From assembly GCA_900128395.1 (NCBI GenBank), contig LT649237.1, positions 1 through 64,000 on the forward strand: a stretch of 64,000 bases of DNA, given 5' to 3'. How positions within the stretch are numbered: position 1 is the stretch's first letter; each line of letters opens with the position of its first letter. Below are positions 45,301 through 54,635 of the stretch, piece by piece. A program made the translations under genes and the position numbers. The stretch comes from Stramenopiles sp. TOSAG23-2 (taxonomy: Eukaryota). The notes under the pieces were generated by a model. The model saw nothing but the letters and a program-made list of their open reading frames with translations, searched no databases and was not told where the DNA came from.

Positions 45301-48300
45301 AGGTACTGATCCACCAGCTGAGGAGGAAGACGCGGGTGAAGAGGAGAATTTAGATAGCACCGACGATGAACAAGGTGAAGTTGGTGAATTGGAAGTTGAA
45401 GAAATCCCACCAACAAAACGGGAGGAAGGCTTAGCATTAGATGTAGTGTTCCATGGTGCTCCATTTACAAGTTCGGAGGATATTGCTAGAAAATATGCAA
45501 ACGAAATGGGTTTCTTCCCATTAAATCTAGATGAAGTAGTTCAAGAAGCTATTGATAATAATACATTGGGTGGGCGTGCAGCGAAAGAAAAGCTTGGATA
45601 TTCCCCTGAAGGAGAAAAACCGGATGAAATTGAAGATTATACGCTATCAAATGAGCTTTTAATAGCTATTTTACGTGATCGTGTAAATAGTCGTGAATGT
45701 GGAGATGGTGTTGTAATTGTTTCGCTTCAAAGTAAATATGCGAATGAAGTAGAAATCGCTAAAGCTGTGAAAGATGCTTTGTCTACGGAAGCCGTAGTGC
45801 CGGCACTGGAAGAAGAAGGAGGAGGAGAGAAGGCAGAAGATGCAGTCGAAGAGCCTGTAGAGGTTCCTTTACTAGAACAAGCCGTGAAAGATGCAAGTAA
45901 GCTAAAAGTAAAATCAGGAGATTTACGCCTTATCAACTTTACCTCTACGAGTGAAGATGAATTTGCTGAGTACATCAATAATCGTCGCCTAGCCTTAATA
46001 GAGGCCTCAAAAGAACCAGAAGTAGTTGAAGAAGAGGGGGCAGATACCACAGAGGCTGAAGGTGAGAAAGAAGAAAAAAATGATGAAGAAGTTCCTGCCG
46101 AGTTTGATAAAGATCCATTTGAAGAATTGTCTGAGGAAGATATTATGAAAATGTCTGACGAGGAAAGGGCCGATTATGAGAAGGAAAAGAAGAAGAACGA
46201 TGATATGAAAGCTAAAGAGGCTCGTGAATTTGCTTCAAATTTATTGATCAAGTTGGAATCTACACTTAAATCAGTTGGTGAGGATTTACAAAAAACTGAT
46301 GAAGAAGTTGCAGAGATGGATGAGGATGCACAAGCAGAATATTGTAAAACAAGAGGTAAAGCATTATATGGAAGTGCAACACAAAATGTAGATGAAATCA
46401 AAGTGACCTTTGGTTTTGTTGCTGAAGTAGAAACAATCGAGGGAGAATTTGTCGAACTATCAGAGGAAGAAGTTGAAGCATTGTCGGAAGAAGAGAAAAC
46501 AGCATATTTGGCTAAAAAAGAAGCATTAAATGCGGAAACGGCTGGAGAAGAAAAGGATGAAGATGACGAAGACGAGGAAGATGAAGGGGAAGAAAAGGAG
46601 GAAGTGGAAAATTCAGAAGAAAAGGTTGAAGCAAAAGAGGGAGATGCTGAAGAGACTACGGAAGAAGCAACTGAAGAAGAGGAAGCGAAAGTTGAAGAAA
46701 AAGTCGAATTCGTCCTGAATGTGTTGGTCGGTGGTGAATCAACTGAGGATTCGTTATATGATGATTTCTCCAATGTGATTCCTTCGCCGCCTGAACCACC
46801 AGAGTTCGTCCTTCCAATTCCAGATCCAATTGAAAATCAAATTTTGATCAAACCTCATGAACGTAAACAGCGGAGAAAAATTAATTCTTTCAAAATTGTT
46901 ACAATCAGTAAACCATTTAAAATTGGTGAAACTGATACTTTCAAAGAATTAAGCGAGGAGGACATTGCCAATTTAGAAGATGATGCAAAAGCGAATTATG
47001 AAGCTGAAGTGCAAGAAAGACAAGCTTTGAAATCTGCTTCTCGTTGGATCTTGCCTGCAAAGTCACAAATGTCATTAGCCATTGAATTTGCTTCGAAACA
47101 AACTGGTAAGAGTAATTCTATATTGGACTTTGAAATAGTTGGCAATACTAGAACATTTTCCGTGTCAGCTGATGGTGTGTGCGCTGTACCAGCTATTAAC
47201 AAACAACCTATGGTCGTATTTACAAGACGTGCTAGAGGCAGACCGCCTATTGAAAAAGTGCATAAACGTTACGTAGATGGGCGCTCTGCATATGAATTTG
47301 GCCCATTGTTAATTAACAAACCTAGAAGCCTTATAGATGATATTAAAGCAGAGTTTGAAGGAATGGATGCAGATGCGGAGGAAAAGGTAAAGGTGGCGCA
47401 AACGATGGCAATGTTTGACAAACTTTCTAAATTAGACAATGCTGATACATTAAATATTTCAAATAGTGGTGTTTTTGATACTCGTGTTGACTTTACGTTC
47501 AAAGTTGGGGATAATGAGGCACCTTCTCCATTTGTCGTGTGGCCACCATTTATTGAATTGCCTCAAGGGGAAACCAAACAAGTTTCCATATGGGCGTTCC
47601 CTGAAACGGCAGAGCTGCATGAAGATACGTTGGTTTGCAGCATTCAAGATAATCCAGCTGTAGAAACATTCCCAATTGCATGTTTAGGTGCAACTCCAAT
47701 GATTGAAATTCATGGTCCATGGGAGAAAATGCAAAAAGAAGCCAAAGAGGAAGGGGAAGAGGGAGAAGATGCTCCGAGTGGTCCTATTATTGATTTCGAT
47801 AGATTGTTATTGAAGCGTAGAGAGGCAAAAGACTTTTCCATTAAAAATACTAGCTCGATTCCAGTCGCATGGAGACTTAAATTGAGTGATAATTTGATGA
47901 ATAGAAGCGAATTTGAAGTTGGGCCAAGGGAAGGTGTCCTAGCACCAGAAGGTGTGGAATATGTTACCATTAACTTCGAAGCTGTTGAGCCATTTAAATT
48001 TGATGCAGAAAATATAATTATTGAATATTCTGATACTGAAGGTGGCTTGCCTACAGTTGAGGAGCAGGAAGGTGGAGCAGAAGGCCGTATTGAATCTACT
48101 AATATTGACGTACGTGCAGAAGCTTATGATATTAAATTCGTGATTCCGGAATTTGGTAAAACTGCACCAAGCAAACCAGGTAAGAAAGTGGAAGAACTTG
48201 TTGAACCAGTTTCAGATGAAGAAATGGCTGAATTAGAAGGTGGTGTACTGAATTTTGGTGCATTGAGAGTATTTGAACAGGCAGAAAAAACATTTACATT

Positions 48301-51300
48301 GCGCAATGCGGGAGATTATCAAATACGATTTGAATTTGAAATACGAAGACGCTCATCCGCAAAATTATTTTCTATTACTCCAGAAAATGGTGTTTTAGAT
48401 AGTGAAGGCGAAGTTCAAATTACATTGACGTTTAACTCGGAAGCTGAAGTTAACTTGAAAAACAATAAAGACATACGTTGTAGTATTTATGAACCAAAAA
48501 CTGATGAATTTTTTGAAAGCTTTGATCTTACAACAACAGTACGATCACTTTTCTCTACTTTCCGTTTACAACCATTACGTGGTGTCAATTTCAGTGCTGT
48601 GAAATTCGGACAAACCGTGACCCGCATGATTGAACTAAGGAATGACGGTGAATTTGATTTTGTTTTTAGAATTGTAGATGTAAAAGCAGATGACGTAAAA
48701 ATTGCCGATGAAAACAAAGAAGCGCAAGAAAAAGGCGAAGAAGCAGTTACAGAATTGAAAAAAGCAAGAGAAGATGAACAAAAATTATGGCTAAGCAATT
48801 TATTAAATCCGGATGATGTTCTGAATGATGCTCCTCTAAAAACTGGGCCATTTACGATTGAACCGGCGAATGGTGTTGTTCACCCTGGATCTACTGCGAG
48901 AGTGACGTTGAATTTTGATGCTGAGGGTAATCAATTGTACAGAACTCCACTTCGTTTTGATATTTCTGGCCGTGCGTCAACTAATGCATCTGGTCGTTCC
49001 TTTGAAGTCGTTGGGGAAAGTTGCATTCCTGGTATCGATACGAAAACATTCGAGTCAATATTTGAGGAACAGTCTGTTGTGCCACGCCTTGAATTCAATG
49101 AAGTGGAGATGGATGATCCAGATTACTTGGATGGACCAAAACGCATTGCTATGTTTGCTGAGGAAAATAAAATATTTTCATTTGGTGCTGTTGTACCATC
49201 TCAAGCCCCAAAATTGGGTGTCGCTGAACGTTTCAAAATTTCAAATCATAATAAAATCAAGTGCGTCGTAAATTTTGAGTTATCCATGCAAGGTGTGGAT
49301 GAAGGTAAGACAGCGGATGATGGTGCGGCGTTTAAAGTTCAACCGTCAAGTATTGAACTTCCTCCTCATGAACATCGTTACATAACAGTTTATTTCAAAC
49401 CAACTGAAATGCGATCGTACACGGCAGCGTTTGAAGCAAATGTTGAAGATGGTACAGAGCCGCAAACAAAACAGCTACGTTTTGATTTAACTGGGGAAGG
49501 TACTTTACCATGCGTCACTGTTGAAAATCCAACATCAGTTGATGCAGATGGAGCGTTGTTGATTGATTATTCAAGAGCTAGAGCTGGAAAATCGAAATCT
49601 CAAACCATAGTTTTGAGAAATGCAGGTACCGTCCCAGCAACTTTGTATTTTGATATGGAATTGAATAAAGCATTTTCTTTCCCATCAAGAGGACATTCAA
49701 TCACACTTCCACCTCGTGCAACTGAAACACACACGGTAATCTTCAGTCCACCAAATGCACAGGAAGAACCATTTGAAGGCATGATCAAAATGACTGTAAT
49801 GCAAAATGAATATGAATCTACTCGTATCCGTTTGCGTGGCGTCGGGTATTTGGAAGATTTATCCATAGAAGGTCTTCCAGGTGGTAGCTCAGATGAAATT
49901 GACTTTGGTCAATTAGATGTGCTTCCAAATGCAAACGGTAAACAAGTTAGTTTCTCCTTACAAAATGACCAAGCTGAAGTTCAGCGCTATGAATTTCCAG
50001 AACACGATGATTTCAAATTCGTACCATCTGTTGGTCATATTTATCCAGGCCAACGAGCGGAGATTATTGCCGAATTTCTTCCGGCTGCAGTACGTGCACT
50101 TAGTGCTGATATGGGTGAAGAAGGTGGAGAAGAAGCAGAGGAAACGCCATTTGAAGCAATTAAACATTCCAAGGTACCAATACAAATACAAGTCACTAAA
50201 ATTGAGCATAAAGGTAAAAAAGTTGGTGAAAAAGATGAAGAAGCCATTGCTGCAATGTCTGAGGAAGAAAAGGCAGCATACGAAGCAGCTATGGAAAAAG
50301 CACCTATGGAAACTGTGCCAGTATGGGATAATTCCCAAAGATCTGTTGTCTACAACGATGAAGGCGAAAAATCTGAAGAAATTGCACCAGAGCCAGAGCA
50401 TGAAGTATTAGGTGATGCAAAAGAAATTGTACTTAATGTAACAGGTTGTGCAGATGTCGTAAGGTACGAATGTGCGACTAATCAAATTGTTTTCCGTCCA
50501 ACAATGATGTTCCAAACAAGAGGTTATAAATTCACGGTTAATAATACGGGTGGCAACACAATATCTTATGATTGGGCATTAAAAAATAAAAATATCAAAG
50601 GAAGCACGTTGCAGCTAGGCAAAGCTGATCTGGATAAAGGTCCTGCATCTATTGATTGTCCATTTAAATTTACACCGCAACGTGGCAACATACAAGCTGG
50701 TGCAAGTGAAACATTTGTTGTAAGATTTGCACCTATGGAAGTGCCTGTTACGATGGGTGGCGTATTTAATTATGAAGCAAGGGCAAGTATTGAAAATTTG
50801 CCATTCGGTACTAACGATTTAATGCTTGATATTCGTGGTGCAGCACAGCGTCCGGTTTGTCACTTTGAATTACCTGGCTCGGATTATTTAGAAAGACGCC
50901 CTGCTGACATGCCAGGTCCAAGCGGCAATATTGGTCCATTAGATCCTTCCATTAAAGTTATTTTCTTTGAATCGTTGGGTACAAATATTAAAAATACACT
51001 TCGTTTCAAAGTTATTAATCCAACAAATATGGGATATGACTTCATGTGGGAAGCTATTGGAAATCCACATCCTGCATTTAATAATGCAATTAAGAGCGGT
51101 ACAGTGCTTCCAGGTAGACGACATGAGCAGATTTTTGAATACACACCTAGTAAAAATGATATTAGTGGTTTCCAAGAGTCATTTTTCAGATTCATGATCC
51201 CAAAACAGGGCGTGGATCAATTATTTTTGATTGCAGGTACAGTTGTAGATCCACGAGTAACATTAGACCGTACATTTGTTAACTTCGGTAGTATTTTACT

Positions 51301-54300
51301 TGGAAATCCAGGTACAGAAATTGTGAACTTTATTAACAGGGAAGATTTACCATTTGCATTTAATTTCGATCGCAATGTTCTTAGACCAAGAGGTGGCAAA
51401 ACGGTTATGTCAATTGAACCAATGAGTGGTGTAGTTCCGGCAAATTCGAAATTGCCATTGAAAATTGTGTTCGATCCAGCCGATGAAAAACCTGAAAATT
51501 TAAGTGTTAGCTGCTTAGTGCGTCGTAAACCAACAAAATTGTCATTAAATTTGAAAGGAGAGGGTGCTGGAGTACACGATACCTTGACATTGTTTGACGA
51601 TAGTAGTGAAGGTGATGATAATGGACTACCACAAGGTGTGGAATTAGCTCCAACTGGTGTGAACTACGTTGACTTTGGACAAGTACATATTAATGATACT
51701 GTTTACAAACGTGTTGTCATACATAACTCTGGCAAATTCAATTTAGATTTCCGATGGAAAAAACCAAAGAATCCTCAAGTCAAAATTGAACCGTTGCAAG
51801 GCATGGTGCGTATTGGGGATCGTCTTGAAGTTAAGATTTCATACCATCCAATCAATGAACAACCATTGGGTGGTATTAAATGTTCCTGTGATGTCGCTGG
51901 AACTCATAAATACAATTTAAGTATCAACGGTCGTGGTGCAAAACCAATGCTTGATTTCTCCTTTATTGAACACAACTTCGGCCCATGCTTTGTTCCTGAG
52001 CGTGGTGGTGCGCCAATGGCAGAAACGACTATGTTACGTTTAACCAATAACGAGTTTGAAAATGACGTTGCGTTTGATTGCTTATTCGAGAAAACGCCAC
52101 ATCTGGAAGTTAAAACCCAGCCGACCATGCTTCGTCCAAACGAATCTATTGATATTCCAATTATCTTTACAGCAAGAGAGGTGAAGCAATACAATGAGAT
52201 TATTAAATTTGAATTGAATGGTCTATACACAGTTAATGTGATAATTAAAGGAGAAGGTTGCTTATTGAAAGTAGAACTTGCAAACCCAACGCAGTCATTA
52301 GTTGCACTAGGATCCTTACGTGTTGGACAAGAAGCTACTAGAAAGGTATTGTTGGTGAATAAGTCAAAACGGGCAGCGTTATTTACGTTGGAAGATGTTG
52401 TTGAAGCTGGGCATGGGCGCTTGGAAGAAAGGGCTGTTACGTTCTTCCCTCGTGGAGAAGTATTAATAGGGGCCAGATCTAAAACAAACATAGAAATAAG
52501 ATTTAACCCATTGAAACGTTTATCTCCATTTAAAGAAGATTTGAACTTGTCTGTAGTTGGGAGTAAACGTAAACTTCTTACCATTACTGGATCATGTCAA
52601 GGAATTGAAGTTACATTGGAATCGGATGCTGTGCCATTTGGTAGTATTTGCGAAGGGTGCCGTATATCAAAGAAATTGCAGATGGAAAATTCAGGAGATC
52701 TTGGTACGAAATTCAAATGGGACAATAGCTCCTTCGGGCCAGACTTTTCCATTTCGCCAGCGGAAGGATTCCTTGCGCCACATTCTGGAGTGGTTTTTGA
52801 AGTTATGTTCCATCCTACACGTGTATTCGATGACTTTAGACGAGATCGACTTATGTGTATGGTTGACGGTGCCCCACCATTGTTTTTAACTTTATCTGGT
52901 GCATGTGAAAGACAGCCATCTGACAATATTAAAGAAATGGAATTCAATGCGCGTGTACGTGAAGTTGAGAAACAAAGCATCACAATTAATAATCCAACTA
53001 ATTCAACATGGGTTATTAAACCGGCAATTACAAATAATTATTGGAGTGGCGATACACATCTTCGTATTGAAGCCAAGTCAAGTGGTGATTATGAAATAGC
53101 ATATAAACCACTGACGATGACGCTACCTCAAACGAAAACGGAGACAAACGAGGAGGGTGAGGAAGTGACAAGTGAACCGTTCACTGTACGCCATGAAGGT
53201 TCAGTATTCTTTCCTTTACCAGATGGCACGGCATTGCTGTACAATTTACTTGGTACAGCGGATGAGCCGGCAGAGCAAGATAATTTCGAGAAAACTGCTG
53301 CAGCGAAGGAGAAAATGATATTCGAATTCCCAGTCAAGAATTGGTTAAAGAAAGCACAGCGATTCCGTGTAGAATGGGATGATGATAATGATAGATTCAG
53401 AGGTGGACAAACGTTGGATGTTCCTGCGAATGGTTTAAGAACTTATAAACTAAGTTTCTTTGGACTGAAAGAAGGAGAATCTTTTGAGACCAAAGTTACA
53501 TTTACTAATCCGGAGAGTGGCGAGTATGTATTTTACAACATCAAAGCAAATGTCACTGCGCCAATTATCATGGGTAAAGTGAAGATGAATGCACCTGTAC
53601 GGCAAACCATGCAGCATGTCTTGTCTATTGAAAATCCATTGTCGATGGATAAGGAAGTGACATTTGAGGAAGGTACATGGTGGACATGCGAGGATCCATG
53701 TGTACGTGTACGTCGTTTGGGTGAAATGACTGGAAATCCAGAGTGCAATTTCGAAGTTGAGTTCCGTCCACTTGTTGCTATTTCTGAACCTAAAGAGGTT
53801 AGATTAACCATACAATCGGTTGAGTTGGGCGATTATCACTATACATTGATATTGACTAGCGAAGCAGCTGCAAGTGAGCGCGCTTTGCAATTTAAGGCAT
53901 CACTCGGTTCATCCCATGTACAAACATTCCGCTTCAAAAATATGGTACAAGAGCCAACGGAATACAAATGTATTTGTGGTAATCCAGATGCATTTGAAAT
54001 GGAAGAGAAAATTATGGCACCAGCTGCCGAAGATTGGGAAGGAACGGATGTTGAAGTATCAATATCTTTCGAACCGATCGCGCTTGGAGAAGTTCGTGAC
54101 ACATTACGTATTGTATCCGATGTTGGTGGCGAATTCGTATGCTCGCTTTACGGAAATGGTGTTGCACCACGTCCACAAGGTCCATTTATGATCGCTCCAG
54201 GTGAAACCACATCCATTGAATTCAAAAACGTTTTCAACGAGGCTCGTGAATTTTCGTTTGTTGTCGATAATCCATTGTTTAGTGTTAATGTAGCATCACA

Positions 54301-54460
54301 AAAATTGGATGCAAATAAACCAATTACGTTGACAGTTAAATTTGAGGGTCCTAGTGAAGAAAACAAAGACGAAGCTGTTAGTGGAAAATTGTATGTGTCA
54401 TGTCCAGAGCTCAAAGAACTACCTCCATGGGTATATTACCTTAGTTCCAAAAGCACGTAA
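39389..54460 (+). CDS. HYDIN: HYDIN, axonemal central-pair protein (5023 aa, single exon)
   Basis: Very long array of ASH/Ig-like repeats (LFQPYP..VF.NFEP, LICVTEREKFAVPVRAIG, FKGHVVGPTFHF), a central degenerate adenylate-kinase-like segment and a C-terminal WVYYL. Confidence 0.95.
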   Translation: MSHSTTSKRKTLKSKSTRNNNSSKGPATDVPPHKNIPSHLKYPNYRKVDEATVLAMAEGTHSKSDLRKTKPSLMLKDLRATRDPAEDGELVRPAPPEILEFLNIEDYSAQKQCTVPLEYPLFQPYPADLVFRNFEPFGTYHQRLYFRNNDSFARRVRILSPDSPFFTVRPVFDDPSLAVPKNGKVAAGMEVCYIVTFRPREKRDYNYSLICVTEREKFAVPVRAIGTRACLDFPDNVEMGMAPVKHTATKTFLVRNVGEKATKFALSASQPFDVEPRNGFVAQGASIQVTVMFTPDVARSYEGEMTLEYENGQVAVVGLTGDAQNINVHLGSQIVEIDPAYISLSSQKTVKVYNRSGVPVQFSWKAFGATEEEQHERNRLHNELNRMEEMERRHLDSQHFEDEDGDEDDYSEDEGNNMPAAKRREIAALSRKYKHLRRAVQEDSLLFADENFSIEPIQGEVWANSELEFTITFSPEQAADYACVAFLSTTGREQCLPLKIQATGIGPQASFTYDVLDIGDVFVNSVHTYELVMENSGEIDAEYDLQPSDTPFGPKFKFSPESGKLAVGEAHKIEVSFCSEILGEFSEHFHYSLKGSQIPLSVHFKGHVVGPTFHFNVEDIDFGIVSYEFVNNRSLTLYNTSEIPMTYTLRVPQDGKFLQKEFDINPSSGTIVPDGKVDIQVDFISTTVRVYEMYLTVDVENVGEGLLSIPIKAECRLPDVTLGSEEIEYGSCFLRYPYVKTLELINDSDQKARYEFLPQEEHTMILGTYETEETKGTIDARSRVEVPITLTCEKLGKVNLPMFVKISGQERPPMNIALNANATGPNVILDQNDGINWGPTTCLIPSTRELKVTNDSLIPAPFRTFMKTQGSVFSVDLNEGMLAPGESVVLKITAKLDDTIVHKDQLQIIVHEGGNIIVPLVAKGEGTTLSCDDDISFIEYDYQFTSVTCEKRFFIKNLGRRAQDITWVNKTVKENDEKAQTEFIHAMREFKEKGDDKKKKKKRKAPVEPSPSTAVFTVEPETVTLKPNTGCEFSFYGNTPLTDNFLEELICEIKQGKEKNGRPMLSCKCHGIFINPVLEPSVKELSYVYTWRDGMPLTQQIQPITLRNVAELPLDFVLRTQLPFSIDTYEFKLMPNETTTVNVSFDPGYRDDRVSHVAESALTAVYRDHPKRDSIPLIGEINFPNLQFDYTTVDFGTVLNDTTQTVSVKVTNISKIDTDLSWTFEADEEAARKKATAARPYIPVNQVYDVLPIRSLLRPGETEVVEFAFYGHANRKFRTTAVGIVQGGPEYPVVLQGEASTIAHRMDQSYLDFGKVPYDVEDEVKEFNIINPGRVPFDYRLRLDELSRPDIIVAQPTSGRVYAGDKQKITIKFMPGVPDRIMEQVKVDIAHFEPILFPIYGHGIFTNVFVQLPREDADDEVWLATLEEARRAIEGAKNGETMENQPPLPPAIVPPSQDGSRPDTKQSTLTTGRKMIAQRGKDAGVENSGESGPPKTAPAMLAIPITSRKASVETVDEDQLPPAEKDEAIAIQNEANRIVFMRYLLKQLENNARAFDMENDGYEDDDGDDPFSDTKSKTSKTSKSNVQVPKLPIAVVEAPSKNAMSKAKPIETEDGGLLTVRSQFTPDFVLAKYVCDFGHVVAGTVRKKKFVVSNTGYLPVTFTIDSGGASSKGFHMDPEKVKNVPEGEDINFKVTFKSKRSRLGPIQVEVPIFLKDGPAIVLILKANVTIPDVSVTPEQGIDFGTVLLGRTKIINFQLKNLAPVPTTWSRAKQTKNAQDENYFICTPDVGTLAPGEAQNIQIHFTPTGNRSYEFKLPVKIVSNPRVKTIDLKGQGKELSIMFTPSRVSQVPVLPFADPTSVIVNAINENDYDVEFYSLDFDTQYGEEEKVLREIDEAIWTGHIHGDSVVKGLSNYNSTMVVEPRNVGGGLPEKVLESKARKERKQLRREKRAAREAKRKAREEAVKKAEEEGTDPPAEEEDAGEEENLDSTDDEQGEVGELEVEEIPPTKREEGLALDVVFHGAPFTSSEDIARKYANEMGFFPLNLDEVVQEAIDNNTLGGRAAKEKLGYSPEGEKPDEIEDYTLSNELLIAILRDRVNSRECGDGVVIVSLQSKYANEVEIAKAVKDALSTEAVVPALEEEGGGEKAEDAVEEPVEVPLLEQAVKDASKLKVKSGDLRLINFTSTSEDEFAEYINNRRLALIEASKEPEVVEEEGADTTEAEGEKEEKNDEEVPAEFDKDPFEELSEEDIMKMSDEERADYEKEKKKNDDMKAKEAREFASNLLIKLESTLKSVGEDLQKTDEEVAEMDEDAQAEYCKTRGKALYGSATQNVDEIKVTFGFVAEVETIEGEFVELSEEEVEALSEEEKTAYLAKKEALNAETAGEEKDEDDEDEEDEGEEKEEVENSEEKVEAKEGDAEETTEEATEEEEAKVEEKVEFVLNVLVGGESTEDSLYDDFSNVIPSPPEPPEFVLPIPDPIENQILIKPHERKQRRKINSFKIVTISKPFKIGETDTFKELSEEDIANLEDDAKANYEAEVQERQALKSASRWILPAKSQMSLAIEFASKQTGKSNSILDFEIVGNTRTFSVSADGVCAVPAINKQPMVVFTRRARGRPPIEKVHKRYVDGRSAYEFGPLLINKPRSLIDDIKAEFEGMDADAEEKVKVAQTMAMFDKLSKLDNADTLNISNSGVFDTRVDFTFKVGDNEAPSPFVVWPPFIELPQGETKQVSIWAFPETAELHEDTLVCSIQDNPAVETFPIACLGATPMIEIHGPWEKMQKEAKEEGEEGEDAPSGPIIDFDRLLLKRREAKDFSIKNTSSIPVAWRLKLSDNLMNRSEFEVGPREGVLAPEGVEYVTINFEAVEPFKFDAENIIIEYSDTEGGLPTVEEQEGGAEGRIESTNIDVRAEAYDIKFVIPEFGKTAPSKPGKKVEELVEPVSDEEMAELEGGVLNFGALRVFEQAEKTFTLRNAGDYQIRFEFEIRRRSSAKLFSITPENGVLDSEGEVQITLTFNSEAEVNLKNNKDIRCSIYEPKTDEFFESFDLTTTVRSLFSTFRLQPLRGVNFSAVKFGQTVTRMIELRNDGEFDFVFRIVDVKADDVKIADENKEAQEKGEEAVTELKKAREDEQKLWLSNLLNPDDVLNDAPLKTGPFTIEPANGVVHPGSTARVTLNFDAEGNQLYRTPLRFDISGRASTNASGRSFEVVGESCIPGIDTKTFESIFEEQSVVPRLEFNEVEMDDPDYLDGPKRIAMFAEENKIFSFGAVVPSQAPKLGVAERFKISNHNKIKCVVNFELSMQGVDEGKTADDGAAFKVQPSSIELPPHEHRYITVYFKPTEMRSYTAAFEANVEDGTEPQTKQLRFDLTGEGTLPCVTVENPTSVDADGALLIDYSRARAGKSKSQTIVLRNAGTVPATLYFDMELNKAFSFPSRGHSITLPPRATETHTVIFSPPNAQEEPFEGMIKMTVMQNEYESTRIRLRGVGYLEDLSIEGLPGGSSDEIDFGQLDVLPNANGKQVSFSLQNDQAEVQRYEFPEHDDFKFVPSVGHIYPGQRAEIIAEFLPAAVRALSADMGEEGGEEAEETPFEAIKHSKVPIQIQVTKIEHKGKKVGEKDEEAIAAMSEEEKAAYEAAMEKAPMETVPVWDNSQRSVVYNDEGEKSEEIAPEPEHEVLGDAKEIVLNVTGCADVVRYECATNQIVFRPTMMFQTRGYKFTVNNTGGNTISYDWALKNKNIKGSTLQLGKADLDKGPASIDCPFKFTPQRGNIQAGASETFVVRFAPMEVPVTMGGVFNYEARASIENLPFGTNDLMLDIRGAAQRPVCHFELPGSDYLERRPADMPGPSGNIGPLDPSIKVIFFESLGTNIKNTLRFKVINPTNMGYDFMWEAIGNPHPAFNNAIKSGTVLPGRRHEQIFEYTPSKNDISGFQESFFRFMIPKQGVDQLFLIAGTVVDPRVTLDRTFVNFGSILLGNPGTEIVNFINREDLPFAFNFDRNVLRPRGGKTVMSIEPMSGVVPANSKLPLKIVFDPADEKPENLSVSCLVRRKPTKLSLNLKGEGAGVHDTLTLFDDSSEGDDNGLPQGVELAPTGVNYVDFGQVHINDTVYKRVVIHNSGKFNLDFRWKKPKNPQVKIEPLQGMVRIGDRLEVKISYHPINEQPLGGIKCSCDVAGTHKYNLSINGRGAKPMLDFSFIEHNFGPCFVPERGGAPMAETTMLRLTNNEFENDVAFDCLFEKTPHLEVKTQPTMLRPNESIDIPIIFTAREVKQYNEIIKFELNGLYTVNVIIKGEGCLLKVELANPTQSLVALGSLRVGQEATRKVLLVNKSKRAALFTLEDVVEAGHGRLEERAVTFFPRGEVLIGARSKTNIEIRFNPLKRLSPFKEDLNLSVVGSKRKLLTITGSCQGIEVTLESDAVPFGSICEGCRISKKLQMENSGDLGTKFKWDNSSFGPDFSISPAEGFLAPHSGVVFEVMFHPTRVFDDFRRDRLMCMVDGAPPLFLTLSGACERQPSDNIKEMEFNARVREVEKQSITINNPTNSTWVIKPAITNNYWSGDTHLRIEAKSSGDYEIAYKPLTMTLPQTKTETNEEGEEVTSEPFTVRHEGSVFFPLPDGTALLYNLLGTADEPAEQDNFEKTAAAKEKMIFEFPVKNWLKKAQRFRVEWDDDNDRFRGGQTLDVPANGLRTYKLSFFGLKEGESFETKVTFTNPESGEYVFYNIKANVTAPIIMGKVKMNAPVRQTMQHVLSIENPLSMDKEVTFEEGTWWTCEDPCVRVRRLGEMTGNPECNFEVEFRPLVAISEPKEVRLTIQSVELGDYHYTLILTSEAAASERALQFKASLGSSHVQTFRFKNMVQEPTEYKCICGNPDAFEMEEKIMAPAAEDWEGTDVEVSISFEPIALGEVRDTLRIVSDVGGEFVCSLYGNGVAPRPQGPFMIAPGETTSIEFKNVFNEAREFSFVVDNPLFSVNVASQKLDANKPITLTVKFEGPSEENKDEAVSGKLYVSCPELKELPPWVYYLSSKST

Positions 54461-54635
54461 TAAGAGAGTTTTATATTAAAAAACTGGAGTGTAATGTAGT
54501 GTAAAAAAAATATATTTTTTACGAGTATATGCATATCTTCTCATGGTTAATATCTTTTACGAAGCCGTATGTAACACGTATCATACGAACTTCATATATA
54601 TATGATTTATTTTCGCGCTTTCATCATTATTTTTT

